From positions 1-55,850 of the forward strand of contig OMIW01000129.1 in NCBI GenBank assembly GCA_900299205.1: 55,850 nt of DNA, written 5' to 3'. A program made the translations under genes and the position numbers. This DNA comes from Pseudomonadota bacterium (lineage in GTDB: Bacteria > Bdellovibrionota_C > UBA2361 > OMIW01). Below, piece by piece: positions 36,994-46,552 of this stretch (position 1 is the stretch's first letter; each line of letters opens with the position of its first letter). The notes below the pieces were generated by a model that ran no database searches, was not told the DNA's origin, and saw nothing but the letters and a program-made list of their open reading frames with translations.

Positions 36994-37328
36994 AAGTCAC
37001 CCTCTCCCCCAGGACTCGCCCTTCGTCTCGTCCTGATAAAGCCGTCCCCGTGCCCGGTTTTGCTGATTAACACTGAGCCATTCAGGCCAAAACGGCGAAA
37101 ATCTTCCCTTTCTCACTCTTCTTAAGAACTTTTTTCTCAATTTCGGCACTCGGTGAATGATACCACCGTTTGTTCGTCTACCAAAGAGCAGTAGGTCGCC
37201 GAAACCTCTCATCAAGTTCGATTTATTCGCTCGCGTCTGGAAGTGTTGCTGAAATTCTTCGCAGGGTTACAATACGGCTTAGTGGCCCAATCGAATCCGA
37301 GTCACCCCCCTTTGCAAGGAACTGAGCT

Positions 37329-37814
37329 ATGCAGACATCACGGATCGCCCCTCTATCCATTTTCACCCTTGCCCTCCTGCTTACCGCAGGGTGTACGCCA
37401 ATAAACGCCGACCCATACGATCCCTATGATCCATACGGTAGCTATCCCCCCGGGCGATATGACCCATACTCCCGTCCGGCTCCGCAACCGGGATACGGCT
37501 ATGGCGGGGGATATCCGGGTTACGGCGACCCGTATAGACGCGACCAAATCCGTCGCGAACATCGAGAATTGGACCGAGAGCGGGAGCGCCTTGAGGACGA
37601 GAGGGAAGACCTTGAGCGGTACCGCCGTGAAGAGGAAAGGCGACAGAGGGAGGAAGAACGTCGTCAGAGGGAGCAACTCGAACGCGAGCGTCGCCGACCG
37701 GAGGTTTGTCCTCCCGGATTCTCACCGAGCGAGCAGAAATGTTCCCCTGAAGAGCGCCAACGTGGCTGCAAGGACATCAGACTCCCGGGGGGTCTTGGCT
37801 GCGTTCGTCGATAA
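37329..37814 (+). CDS. Low-complexity lipoprotein (DPY/GY repeats, Arg/Glu-rich coil, Cys-rich tail)
   Basis: Lipobox LLLTAGC, DPYDPYDPYGSYPPGRYDPY repeats, REEERRQREEERRQRE tandem repeat, and four C-terminal cysteines. Confidence 0.6.
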   Translation: MQTSRIAPLSIFTLALLLTAGCTPINADPYDPYDPYGSYPPGRYDPYSRPAPQPGYGYGGGYPGYGDPYRRDQIRREHRELDRERERLEDEREDLERYRREEERRQREEERRQREQLERERRRPEVCPPGFSPSEQKCSPEERQRGCKDIRLPGGLGCVRR

Positions 37815-37883
37815 TTAGGTCGTAACCGGATATCCTTTTTTGGGGGAATCTCCTCGAAAAAGCCCCCCTCTCGAGGTCCATCA

Positions 37884-39380
37884 ATGAAAGTTACTTTTCA
37901 CGGGGACAGAATAGCTCCCCACGGGTTCACTCTCGTCATTATTCCGCGATTCGAGGGAGAGGCATCAGTCGGTCGAATCAATCCGGTCTTTCCCTCGTGG
38001 CTCTCAAAGCCACACCGAGACGCTCTCAAGAGACGGGTTGAGAGTACCGATTTTGCGGGCAAGGCTGGTCAGCGATGCGCTCTTGACCTCGACAATGGAT
38101 CACAACGGATCGTCCTTCTTGGGCTGGGCAAGGCACCAGGCGATGCCATCGCCTCAGCTCTCCGTCGAGTCGGAGCGGCTGTGTGGAAGGAGTGTGCGGA
38201 TCTCCAAGCCAAATCGGTCGCGATATGGTTCGATTCTGGCGGTGCGCCCGTTGCAAAATCGGAGTCATCTGCCCTCATTGAGGAGTTTTTCGGTGCTCGC
38301 TACCGCTTTACCCGTTATCAGAGTGGGAAACAAAAAGGCTTATTTGAGCCCCAAAAGATCGCGATTTGGGGGCTCCCCTCGCTTTCGGCAAAGGAGCTCT
38401 CGACGCTCCAATCTCTCCAAGACGCGGTTTTCATCGCCCGCGACTTGGTAAATATGCCTCCGAACGATTGTCACCCGAGCTACCTCGTTGATGTGTGTCG
38501 CAACTTGGCTCGGCGCACCTCGCTCTCCTGCCGAGTCCTTGATGGGAAAAAGCTCGAAAGGCTGGGCGCAGATGCACTTCTGGCAGTCGGAAAAGGGAGT
38601 GAACAACCACCTTTTTTAATTACCCTGAGCACTCCGAAATCGGCGCGCAAAGTGCCCATTGTCGCCCTTGTTGGAAAAGGCGTTACCTTTGACAGCGGTG
38701 GTCTTTCGATAAAAACCGCTGCATCCATGATGGAAATGAAGGCGGATATGTCGGGAGCCGCCGCCGTCATCGGGGCGATGAAGGCTCTTGCTGAAAAGAA
38801 GCTCGCTATCGAGGTTCGAGCCTACCTTCCGGCGGTCGAAAACATGATAAATGGGAGTGCGACGAGACCGGGAGATGTCGTAAAAACTTTATCGGGCAAA
38901 ACTGTCGAGATCCTCAACACCGATGCGGAGGGGAGGCTGATTCTTTGTGATGCCATTGCTCTGGCAGAACGGGAAGGTGCCGACATCATCATTGATGTGG
39001 CGACCCTTACTGGTGCCTGTGTTGTTGCCCTCGGCACAAAGTATGCGGGGCTTTTTTCAGATGATGACGGGTTGAGTCAAACAATTCTCGCCGCAGCGCG
39101 TGACTCAGGAGAGCTCTTTTGGCGATTGCCCCTTGCAATGGAATATAATGACCTCCTCAAAAGCCCCATTGCCGATATGAAAAACATCGGGAACCAGTGG
39201 GGTGGAGCAATCACTGCTGCGCTTTTCCTAAAAAGATTCGTAAAAAAGGCGCGGTGGGCCCATCTCGATATCGCAGGTCCCGCGTTTGATGAATCGGGGG
39301 GAGGAACAATCCCAAAGGGTGGTGCAGGTTTTTGCGTTAAAACCCTCGTTCGAACGGTCGAGGCCCTCGCTGGTCGATGA
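37884..39380 (+). CDS. pepA: Leucyl aminopeptidase (M17)
   Basis: VGKGVTFDSGGLSIK, MKADMSGAA and NTDAEGRLILCDA signature blocks. Confidence 0.9.
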   Translation: MKVTFHGDRIAPHGFTLVIIPRFEGEASVGRINPVFPSWLSKPHRDALKRRVESTDFAGKAGQRCALDLDNGSQRIVLLGLGKAPGDAIASALRRVGAAVWKECADLQAKSVAIWFDSGGAPVAKSESSALIEEFFGARYRFTRYQSGKQKGLFEPQKIAIWGLPSLSAKELSTLQSLQDAVFIARDLVNMPPNDCHPSYLVDVCRNLARRTSLSCRVLDGKKLERLGADALLAVGKGSEQPPFLITLSTPKSARKVPIVALVGKGVTFDSGGLSIKTAASMMEMKADMSGAAAVIGAMKALAEKKLAIEVRAYLPAVENMINGSATRPGDVVKTLSGKTVEILNTDAEGRLILCDAIALAEREGADIIIDVATLTGACVVALGTKYAGLFSDDDGLSQTILAAARDSGELFWRLPLAMEYNDLLKSPIADMKNIGNQWGGAITAALFLKRFVKKARWAHLDIAGPAFDESGGGTIPKGGAGFCVKTLVRTVEALAGR

Positions 39381-39523
39381 TTCTTTCGAGCATTCCGGGG
39401 CGGATTACCGATTCTCTCCCCCGGTGCTTGCTTCCCCCTTCATTCAACGGGTAGGCTTAGGGGCTTGAACTGCAATTTTTCGGCTCGGTCTCTCTCTGTC
39501 CAGTTTTATAAACCCAAGACCCT

Positions 39524-42025
39524 ATGGAAGCGCTCTCCCTCGTAAACATCGAAGATGAAATGCGGCAGTCTTACATGGACTACGCGATGTCAGTCATCGT
39601 GGGAAGAGCTCTTCCTGATGTGCGGGACGGCCTCAAGCCGGTGCAGAGACGGGTGCTCTTTGCCATGTTTGAGGAGGGCCACCTTCCAGGTAAGAAGCAC
39701 TCAAAATGCGCTGGAGTCGTCGGCGAGGTGTTGAAGCGGCTCCACCCGCACGGCGACCAGCCCGTCTATGATGCTCTCGTCCGACTCGCGCAACCGTGGA
39801 ACATGCGATACCCCCTGATTGATGGACAGGGTAATTTCGGGTCAGTTGATGGCGATCCGCCGGCAGCCTATCGGTACACCGAGTGTCGGATGACCAAGCT
39901 GTCGGAGCGCCTTCTTGCCGATATCGGTAAAGATACGGTCGACTTTCTGTCCAACTTCGATGACTCGAGTGAGGAGCCGTCTGTGCTCCCATCGATAGCC
40001 CCCAACCTCCTTATTAACGGAGCTCAAGGGATCGCAGTGGGTATGGCGTGTCGAATGCCCCCCCACAACCTTGCCGAGGTTATATCTGCCGTTATAGCCC
40101 TCATAAACGACCCTGACATCTCCGCCGAAGAGCTTATAAGAATAATTCCCGGCCCCGATTTCCCAACAGGGGGCTCCATCCTTGGCCGATCAGGCATACG
40201 GCAGAGCTTTCTCACCGGGCGCGGTAACATACAGGTTCGAGCCAAGGTCGAGGTTGAACGAATAAAGACCGCTACCCGCGAGGTTGATGCGCTTATCGTG
40301 ACTGAAATTCCCTATCAGGTTAATAAAACAACCTTGATAGAGCGTATTGCCGAATTGATGACTGAAAAAATCGTCGAGGGCATCTCAAAACTTCGCGATG
40401 AATCAGACCGCTCGGGGATGCGGATCGTCATGGAGTTAAAACGAGACGCGACCGCCGAAGTCGTGCTTAACCAACTCTACAAAAGTTCTCCTCTCCAGGT
40501 TGGTTTTGGCGTCAACAATCTAGCGATTGTCGAGGGTCAGCCGGTTACCCTCTCGACCCGCGACCTAATCAACCGTTTTGTCGATCATCGTCGTGATGTT
40601 GTCACGAGGCGCACCCAGTTCGAGCTTAAAAAGGCTCAGGAGCGGATGCATATTTTAGAGGGCTTCAGGATCGCTCTGCTGAATCTTGATGAAGTGATCC
40701 AACTTATTCGAGGCGCTGAAAGCCCCAAAGATGCCCGCGACGGACTCATGGTACGCTTTGAGCTCACGGAGCTCCAAAGTCAGGCCATTCTCGACCTTCG
40801 GCTGCAGAAACTAACCGGGCTCGAGCGTTTGGCGATCGAGCAGGAGCACGCCGAATTAACAGCGGAAATCGAGCGCCTTATCGGCATACTTGCCGACGCA
40901 AAAAAGGTTGACACGATAATAATCGGCGAACTTGAATTACTTCGGGAAGAGTTTGGTGATGAGCGCCGGACACAAATCATAGATGATGAAGGAGACGAAA
41001 TACTTCTCGAAGACCTGATTGAAGATCGAGAGATGGCAGTCACCATCAGTCACGCCGGCTATGCAAAGAGCACCCCCCTCAAGGAATACCGTCAACAGCG
41101 CCGAGGTGGAAAGGGGATTAGTGGTGCTGCAACAAAAGAACAAGATTACATTGAGCACCTCTTTGTAGCGAGCGCGAAGTCCTATATTCTCTTCACAACT
41201 TCGCGGGGAAGGCTTTATTGGCTGAAGGTCTACCAGATTCCAGAGTCCGGGCGAGTATCTCGTGGACGTGCTTTAGTCAATCTCCTCAATCTTGAGCCAA
41301 ACGATAAAATAACTGCGATCATCCCGATCCAGGCATTCACGGAGAACTCCTATCTTGTCATGGCGACGCGCCAGGGGATCATCAAGAAATCAAGCCTTAC
41401 CGATTTTGTGAGGGCAAAGAACCACGGAATTATTGCGTGCTCTCTGGATGAGGGCGATCTTCTTGTCGGTGTTGGCGTCACAAACGGTCAGGACGATGTC
41501 GTACTTGGCACACGGCAAGGTATGTCGATACGGTTCAATGAGGATAACGTCAGGCCGATGGGACGGACCGCCCGTGGGGTTAAGGGAATCGCCCTCGAGG
41601 ATGGTGACGAAGTAATATCGATGACGACCGCCGCTCGTGGCTCCGAGGATCAAGGGGAAGGTATCCCGACAGACTCCGAGGAAGATATCGTGGTTTCGGA
41701 CAGCGATCTAACCCTCTTTACGGTTTGCGAGCGAGGCTTCGGAAAACGGACCCCCCTCTCGAGCTATCGGGTCCAGAATCGGGGCGGAAAAGGATTAATC
41801 GATATTCAAACAGGGGAGAGAAACGGAGCCGTTGTGAGCTCATTCCTCGTCCCTCCCGAAGCTGCGGTCCTCCTCATGACTTCAGGAGGGAAAGCAATCC
41901 GATTTTCTGCCAAAGATGTTCGGGTCTTGGGAAGAAACACTCTCGGGGTCAAGCTCGTCAATCTGGATGAAGGTGAGCAGGTGCTTGCCGCAACCCCTCT
42001 GATCGTTGAAGAGGAAGAGTCCTAA
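39524..42025 (+). CDS. gyrA: DNA gyrase subunit A
   Basis: YAMSVIVGRALPDVRDGLKPVQRRVL, catalytic region AAYRYTECRM, and a GyrA box QRRGGKG in the C-terminal beta-pinwheel that argues for GyrA over ParC. Confidence 0.95.
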   Translation: MEALSLVNIEDEMRQSYMDYAMSVIVGRALPDVRDGLKPVQRRVLFAMFEEGHLPGKKHSKCAGVVGEVLKRLHPHGDQPVYDALVRLAQPWNMRYPLIDGQGNFGSVDGDPPAAYRYTECRMTKLSERLLADIGKDTVDFLSNFDDSSEEPSVLPSIAPNLLINGAQGIAVGMACRMPPHNLAEVISAVIALINDPDISAEELIRIIPGPDFPTGGSILGRSGIRQSFLTGRGNIQVRAKVEVERIKTATREVDALIVTEIPYQVNKTTLIERIAELMTEKIVEGISKLRDESDRSGMRIVMELKRDATAEVVLNQLYKSSPLQVGFGVNNLAIVEGQPVTLSTRDLINRFVDHRRDVVTRRTQFELKKAQERMHILEGFRIALLNLDEVIQLIRGAESPKDARDGLMVRFELTELQSQAILDLRLQKLTGLERLAIEQEHAELTAEIERLIGILADAKKVDTIIIGELELLREEFGDERRTQIIDDEGDEILLEDLIEDREMAVTISHAGYAKSTPLKEYRQQRRGGKGISGAATKEQDYIEHLFVASAKSYILFTTSRGRLYWLKVYQIPESGRVSRGRALVNLLNLEPNDKITAIIPIQAFTENSYLVMATRQGIIKKSSLTDFVRAKNHGIIACSLDEGDLLVGVGVTNGQDDVVLGTRQGMSIRFNEDNVRPMGRTARGVKGIALEDGDEVISMTTAARGSEDQGEGIPTDSEEDIVVSDSDLTLFTVCERGFGKRTPLSSYRVQNRGGKGLIDIQTGERNGAVVSSFLVPPEAAVLLMTSGGKAIRFSAKDVRVLGRNTLGVKLVNLDEGEQVLAATPLIVEEEES

Positions 42026-42051
42026 CTGAGAAAAAGGGAGACCCCGTTGGG

Positions 42052-43065
42052 ATGAGCGATAATTCAAAAGGCACGCCAAGAATAGCCGTCATTGGGCTTG
42101 GCAACTGGGGGACTGCTCTTGCTCATTGTTTGAGTCAGCAGGTCGGCTCCGTACTCGCCTGGACAAAAGACTTCGCCGTTCGTGATTCGATCCGCAAGCA
42201 CAGTCTCAACATCCCCTACAAGATTCCTCATGAGCTTGATAGGGGCATCCATGTGGTGAATACCATTGACGAGACACTCGGCTCTCAAATCGTCTTCTTA
42301 GCTCTTCCTGCCCGAGTTATCAGCCATATTGCCCCCCTTTTGAGAACTCTTGACCGAGATGCCATCCTGGTTAGTGCCTCGAAAGGGTTTGATCCAGAGA
42401 CTTGCGAAACTCCTCTTCAGGTCCTAACCCGGCTGCTTCCTGAGCATCCTCGTCGCGTTGTCGTCTCAGGACCATCCTTCTCGGCCGATGTTTTGCGAGG
42501 CCTACCAGCTGCATTGGTAGCGGGGACGCTTGATCCTTTTGCCGCCCGAGCTGTTGCTGATTTATTCTCGGGCACTTCCCTAAGGGTCTATACCTCGGAC
42601 GATCCCCTCGGGGTTGAGTTAGGGGGTATCCTCAAGAATGTCATCGCGATAGCTGCTGGCGTCAGTGACGGACTTGGGCTCGGAGATTCGGCACGCGCGG
42701 CCGTAATCACTCGGGGCCTGGCTGAGATGCGCCCCTTCTGTGCTGCGGCGGGAGCCAAGGCTGAGACTATTTTCGGATTGTCTGGATTAGGCGACCTCAT
42801 CATGACAGCATCGAGCGCACAAAGCCGAAATCGGACCGTTGGCTTCCGACTCGGACAGGGGGAATCATTGGAATCGATAACCAAATCACTTGGCTCCGTC
42901 GCTGAGGGAATCAGTACCGTCTTCCGAGTGATGGAATTGGCCACAAGCTATCGGGTGTCGATGCCGATTTGCGCCGAAATGGAAAAGATAATTTCGGGCA
43001 CCGCCTCTCCCTCTGACACCTTACAAAACCTCTTACGACGACCTTATCGTCCCGAATTTTCGTAA
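42052..43065 (+). CDS. gpsA: NAD(P)H-dependent glycerol-3-phosphate dehydrogenase
   Basis: IAVIGLGNWGTALA Rossmann motif, then GPSFSADV, LKNVIAIAAGVSDGLGLGDSA and RNRTVGFRLGQG. Confidence 0.9.
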   Translation: MSDNSKGTPRIAVIGLGNWGTALAHCLSQQVGSVLAWTKDFAVRDSIRKHSLNIPYKIPHELDRGIHVVNTIDETLGSQIVFLALPARVISHIAPLLRTLDRDAILVSASKGFDPETCETPLQVLTRLLPEHPRRVVVSGPSFSADVLRGLPAALVAGTLDPFAARAVADLFSGTSLRVYTSDDPLGVELGGILKNVIAIAAGVSDGLGLGDSARAAVITRGLAEMRPFCAAAGAKAETIFGLSGLGDLIMTASSAQSRNRTVGFRLGQGESLESITKSLGSVAEGISTVFRVMELATSYRVSMPICAEMEKIISGTASPSDTLQNLLRRPYRPEFS

Positions 43066-43177
43066 AGAATTACTGGACCTACGAGGCTCCACAATTCGAC
43101 AGGCTCCGCTCCCTGAGCTATAATTTTCCCAATTAGCTTTTTTTCGATAACAATTTGAGGTTTCCGAAGAGGAGCGT

Positions 43178-43202
43178 ACCCCCTGAACGAGGGGTTCTTT
43201 TT
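43178..43202 (+). terminator. Terminator-like hairpin between gpsA and the heme O synthase gene
   Basis: ACCCC-loop-GGGGT stem followed by TCTTTTT, 12 nt before ATG 43214. Confidence 0.35.
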
Positions 43203-43213
43203 CCGGATTATCC

Positions 43214-44197
43214 ATGGACGAACGGTCATTGAGCAAAGACGCACCTCGTCTCCATTCTAAAGAAGATTCATCCTGCTCTTTTCAGGCGGATAATCCTCCC
43301 TCTTCGAGGAGCCTCCCCACACCATCAAAAAGTCAAACAGCAGGTCTTGCGTTAGCCTACCTTGAGCTGACAAAGCCACGGATTATGACGTTAGTTCTGG
43401 TCACTACAGTCTTGGGATATTTCCTTGCCGGAGGCCCGCTTGGTTTCACAAAAAACCTATGGATCTGCCTTCTTGGCACAGCACTTTGCTGTGGGGGATC
43501 TGGTGTGCTTAATCAATATCTCGAGAGAGATGCGGATCTCCGCATGGTCAGAACCCGGAGACGACCCATACCTGCCGGGATCATAGCACCGGCACACGCT
43601 CTTAGCTTCGGAGTCCTTCTCGTCCTATCCGGCACAGGGCTACTTCTTTGGCAAGTCAATCTTCTCACCGCATTCTTGGCCATTTTGACCGCATTTTTGT
43701 ATGTAATCGTGTACACGCCATTAAAACGGCTCACCTGGCTCAATACTCTCATAGGAGCTATTCCTGGTGCTCTTCCACCAGTAGGGGGGTGGGCGGCAGC
43801 CTCTGGGGAACTTGATATCGGCGCTTGGGTACTTTTTTTGATTCTCTTTATCTGGCAGCATCCTCATTTCTACGCCATCGCTTGGATGTATCGGGATGAC
43901 TATTCTCGAGGCGGCTTTCGAATGCTATCGGTTGTCGATCCCTCGGGAGATAGCATGTTTCGTCAGGTGGTGCTGTTCTCGGTTGCCTTGATTCCGATTG
44001 CCATCCTTCCTTCGGTAATCGGAATGACGGGAACCACCTATCTGGGAGGGTCTCTGATCCTGGGCGCATACATGCTTCAAGCGAGTGCGAAAGCTGCTCG
44101 TTCGCGAAGTGTTTCAGACGCAAGAAATCTCCTCAAGGCATCTATTTTTTACCTTCCCCTCCTTCTCGTCCTCATTGTAGTTGATGCGAAGTGGTGA
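43214..44197 (+). CDS. ctaB: Protoheme IX farnesyltransferase (heme O synthase)
   Basis: UbiA-fold polytopic protein with YLELTKPRIM, NQYLERDADLRMVRTRRRP and YTPLKR blocks. About 45 aa of hydrophilic N-terminal extension. Confidence 0.85.
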   Translation: MDERSLSKDAPRLHSKEDSSCSFQADNPPSSRSLPTPSKSQTAGLALAYLELTKPRIMTLVLVTTVLGYFLAGGPLGFTKNLWICLLGTALCCGGSGVLNQYLERDADLRMVRTRRRPIPAGIIAPAHALSFGVLLVLSGTGLLLWQVNLLTAFLAILTAFLYVIVYTPLKRLTWLNTLIGAIPGALPPVGGWAAASGELDIGAWVLFLILFIWQHPHFYAIAWMYRDDYSRGGFRMLSVVDPSGDSMFRQVVLFSVALIPIAILPSVIGMTGTTYLGGSLILGAYMLQASAKAARSRSVSDARNLLKASIFYLPLLLVLIVVDAKW

Positions 44198-44259
44198 TGA
44201 TCAAAAGAGGAAAGATGGCTGATTCCGCCAGTTTAGACGCCATACTTTCCCGCATCAGA

Positions 44260-44748
44260 TCATTCTGGGCCATCTCCCTCAGTTCGACGACGCAAGAGCC
44301 ATAGTGCTCCAGCCACCAACGCGATGATAAAAAATATCGGAGGAATGACCCAAGCAACGAGCCCCATTCCCGCTCCTGCCGGCATCGCTAGTACTGCAGG
44401 GCCGAACCGTCCCTCAAGTTGATGAAGAACCTCTTTTGATGTCTTCCCGGAATTGAGATCATCAAGGATCTGGTCCTTAAGTCTTGTTGCCTGTTCGCTG
44501 GGGCAATCCGAGAGCAATCGTCCTGGACAGAAGGGACTCATCACTAGCCCATAGACTCTTCTCGCCTCTTCATTCGCATCTCCGCGAGCAATAGGGGACC
44601 CAACCGAGACGTGCGCCATCACCAGAATCAGGCAAACCAAGAAAAAACGAATATCTAACAGTCCGGCACCCTCAATATTTCTTTTCCGAGTGAGATTGAA
44701 CACCGAGAACTTCCTTACCATGATCTCCTTAACCAAATACTGGGTCAC
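44260..44748 (-). CDS. CcmH/NrfF-family cytochrome c maturation protein with a non-canonical cysteine motif
   Basis: Collinear with E. coli CcmH as recalled: SPFCPGRLLSDCPS vs RCPKCQNNSIADSNS; GKTSKEVLHQLEGRFGPAVL vs GKSKKEIVDYMVARYGNFV; C-terminal TM helix followed by LRRR. Confidence 0.6.
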   Translation of the reverse strand: MTQYLVKEIMVRKFSVFNLTRKRNIEGAGLLDIRFFLVCLILVMAHVSVGSPIARGDANEEARRVYGLVMSPFCPGRLLSDCPSEQATRLKDQILDDLNSGKTSKEVLHQLEGRFGPAVLAMPAGAGMGLVAWVIPPIFFIIALVAGALWLLRRRTEGDGPE

Positions 44749-44753
44749 CTGCC

Positions 44754-45455
44754 CTAATCAGCTCCATATTCGAGAAGGTACTGGAGGCAGCCATCTCGCT
44801 CTGAATTCGACAACACTTTGCCGGAGGAGTTCGAATTCGATAGGTAGTCAACTATCTGTCGCATCGAGACAAGAGGCATGACTCGAGTACCGAATGCCTG
44901 CTCGGCTTCGGCTCTCGCCGAGAGGGACTCGCCTCTTTCATTGCGATCTACGCCGACAACCACCCCGCCAAAAGTTGCCTGCGCACACAGCTGCATAACA
45001 GCCGGGAGCATCTCACGAAGGGTTGTTCCGGCCGTCACCACATCATCCACCAAAACTACTGTTTCACCCGATTCAGGTAGCTTTCCGACATACAAACCTC
45101 CATCCCCGTGCGCTTTTTTTTCTTTCCTATTGAACAGGTAACGCGCCTCGTAGCCCAGCTCAGCCAACCCCACGACCGTCGCCACCGCCAACGGAATCCC
45201 CTTGTATGCTGGTCCAAAAATGACAAATCTCCGTCTCCCAAAAAGCTCGATAATCCATCGGGCATAGAGGATTCCCAACCTTTTAACCGCTTCACCCTCG
45301 CAAATTTGGCCAAAATTGAGAAAAAATGGGGAATGCCTTCCCGATTTAGTAACAAACTCCCCGAATAAAAGGACCCGATTATGAACCAAAAACGAAACAA
45401 ACTCCTTTTGGTTATCGGTAATCCGAGAATCAGAATTTTCCAAATCTTTAATCAT
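44754..45455 (-). CDS. pyrE: Orotate phosphoribosyltransferase
   Basis: LLFGEFVTKSGRHSPFFLN, FGPAYKGIPLA, FNRKEKKAHGDGG and the PRPP loop VVLVDDVVTAGTTLRE. Confidence 0.9.
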   Translation of the reverse strand: MIKDLENSDSRITDNQKEFVSFLVHNRVLLFGEFVTKSGRHSPFFLNFGQICEGEAVKRLGILYARWIIELFGRRRFVIFGPAYKGIPLAVATVVGLAELGYEARYLFNRKEKKAHGDGGLYVGKLPESGETVVLVDDVVTAGTTLREMLPAVMQLCAQATFGGVVVGVDRNERGESLSARAEAEQAFGTRVMPLVSMRQIVDYLSNSNSSGKVLSNSERDGCLQYLLEYGAD

Positions 45456-45529
45456 GATTTGACCTTCGATGATATTTTTGTCGGTTTTCCAGAGTAAAAT
45501 TCATCTTTAAGCGCATCAAGTAGTTTATC

Positions 45530-46552
45530 GTGCATAGTTGGTGTGAATATACTCCTCAGGAGGCGAAGATTTCTCACTCTCCGGACCCTACCTTACTTGC
45601 CCCTGAAACAGTCTGGGCTGAAAGATACACGATCCAGCAAGTGCTCGGCTCGGGCGGGATGGGGAACGTGTACCTCGCCCATGACAATCTCCTCAGCAAC
45701 CGACCTGTCGCCTTAAAAATACTCCATTATTCTCTCGCCGTCGACGCCGATCAGCGAGAGCGTTTCATGCGCGAGTTCGTTGTCTCACGCTCAATCACTC
45801 ATCCATCAGTAATTCGCGTGTACGATTGGGGGAATGATCGCGGCATTCCCTTCTATTCAATGGAATACCTCGAGGGTGAATCCCTTCAAAAGTTAGCTCA
45901 CACTCACTCCCTGAAGTTCGAAGAGATTTGTCGTATGGTCCTGCTTATTGCAGAGGGCCTAGAAGCGGTACACGGCGCAGAAATAGTCCACCGGGATATA
46001 AAGTCATCAAATATTATCTGCGACGTCTCAGGGGGCATACGGATTATCGATTTCGGGGTCGCGTCCGCAAGCGGTATGACAGACCTCTTCAGTGACCGAA
46101 TCGTCGGCTCAACTCACTATCTTGCCCCCGAGCTCTGGAGGAAGAAGGTCGCCGACCCCCAAACTGACCTATATGCTCTCGGCATTCTTTGCCACGAATT
46201 ATGCTCGGGACATTTACCTTTCGATGCCGAATCGACAGAGGGTCTCATGTACCAGCATGTGAGCAAAAAAATCCCGCCGCTCCACAGCGAGAACCCCGGA
46301 ATTCCTGCGTGGTTTTCACAATTAGTAACAAGCCTTGTTGCCAAAGATCCTAATCAAAGGCCTCGGACCGCCATGGAGGTGGCGAATTGCGTGAGAAGCC
46401 ATGTCTTAAAACCCCCAGACCAGATCCTAATAGCTGGAAAAGTAGCTCCTCAGAAAAAACCTAACTCCCCTTGTCTCAAATATAAATACCTACTTACCCT
46501 CTCGATAATCGGCCTCTCTGTTCTCGCTCTCACATTTCTACTCAAATCATAA
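45530..46552 (+). CDS. Hanks-type Ser/Thr protein kinase with a C-terminal membrane anchor
   Basis: GSGGMGNVYLA (P-loop), VALK, catalytic loop HRDIKSSNII, DFG, an APE-like YLAPE, and a C-terminal helix LLTLSIIGLSVLALTFLL. GTG start. Confidence 0.85.
   Translation: MHSWCEYTPQEAKISHSPDPTLLAPETVWAERYTIQQVLGSGGMGNVYLAHDNLLSNRPVALKILHYSLAVDADQRERFMREFVVSRSITHPSVIRVYDWGNDRGIPFYSMEYLEGESLQKLAHTHSLKFEEICRMVLLIAEGLEAVHGAEIVHRDIKSSNIICDVSGGIRIIDFGVASASGMTDLFSDRIVGSTHYLAPELWRKKVADPQTDLYALGILCHELCSGHLPFDAESTEGLMYQHVSKKIPPLHSENPGIPAWFSQLVTSLVAKDPNQRPRTAMEVANCVRSHVLKPPDQILIAGKVAPQKKPNSPCLKYKYLLTLSIIGLSVLALTFLLKS

Noticed and set aside
37353-37818. Three additional long ORFs (two minus-strand, one plus-strand) overlapping the lipoprotein gene
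   Set aside because: They are open only because of the repetitive GA/GC-rich low-complexity sequence. Only the 37329 frame has a lipobox signal peptide.
43474-43490. TGGCAC-N6-TTGC, a sigma-54 promoter-like motif
   Set aside because: The GG-to-GC spacing is one nucleotide too long (11 instead of 10), and it lies inside the heme O synthase coding sequence. It is probably chance.
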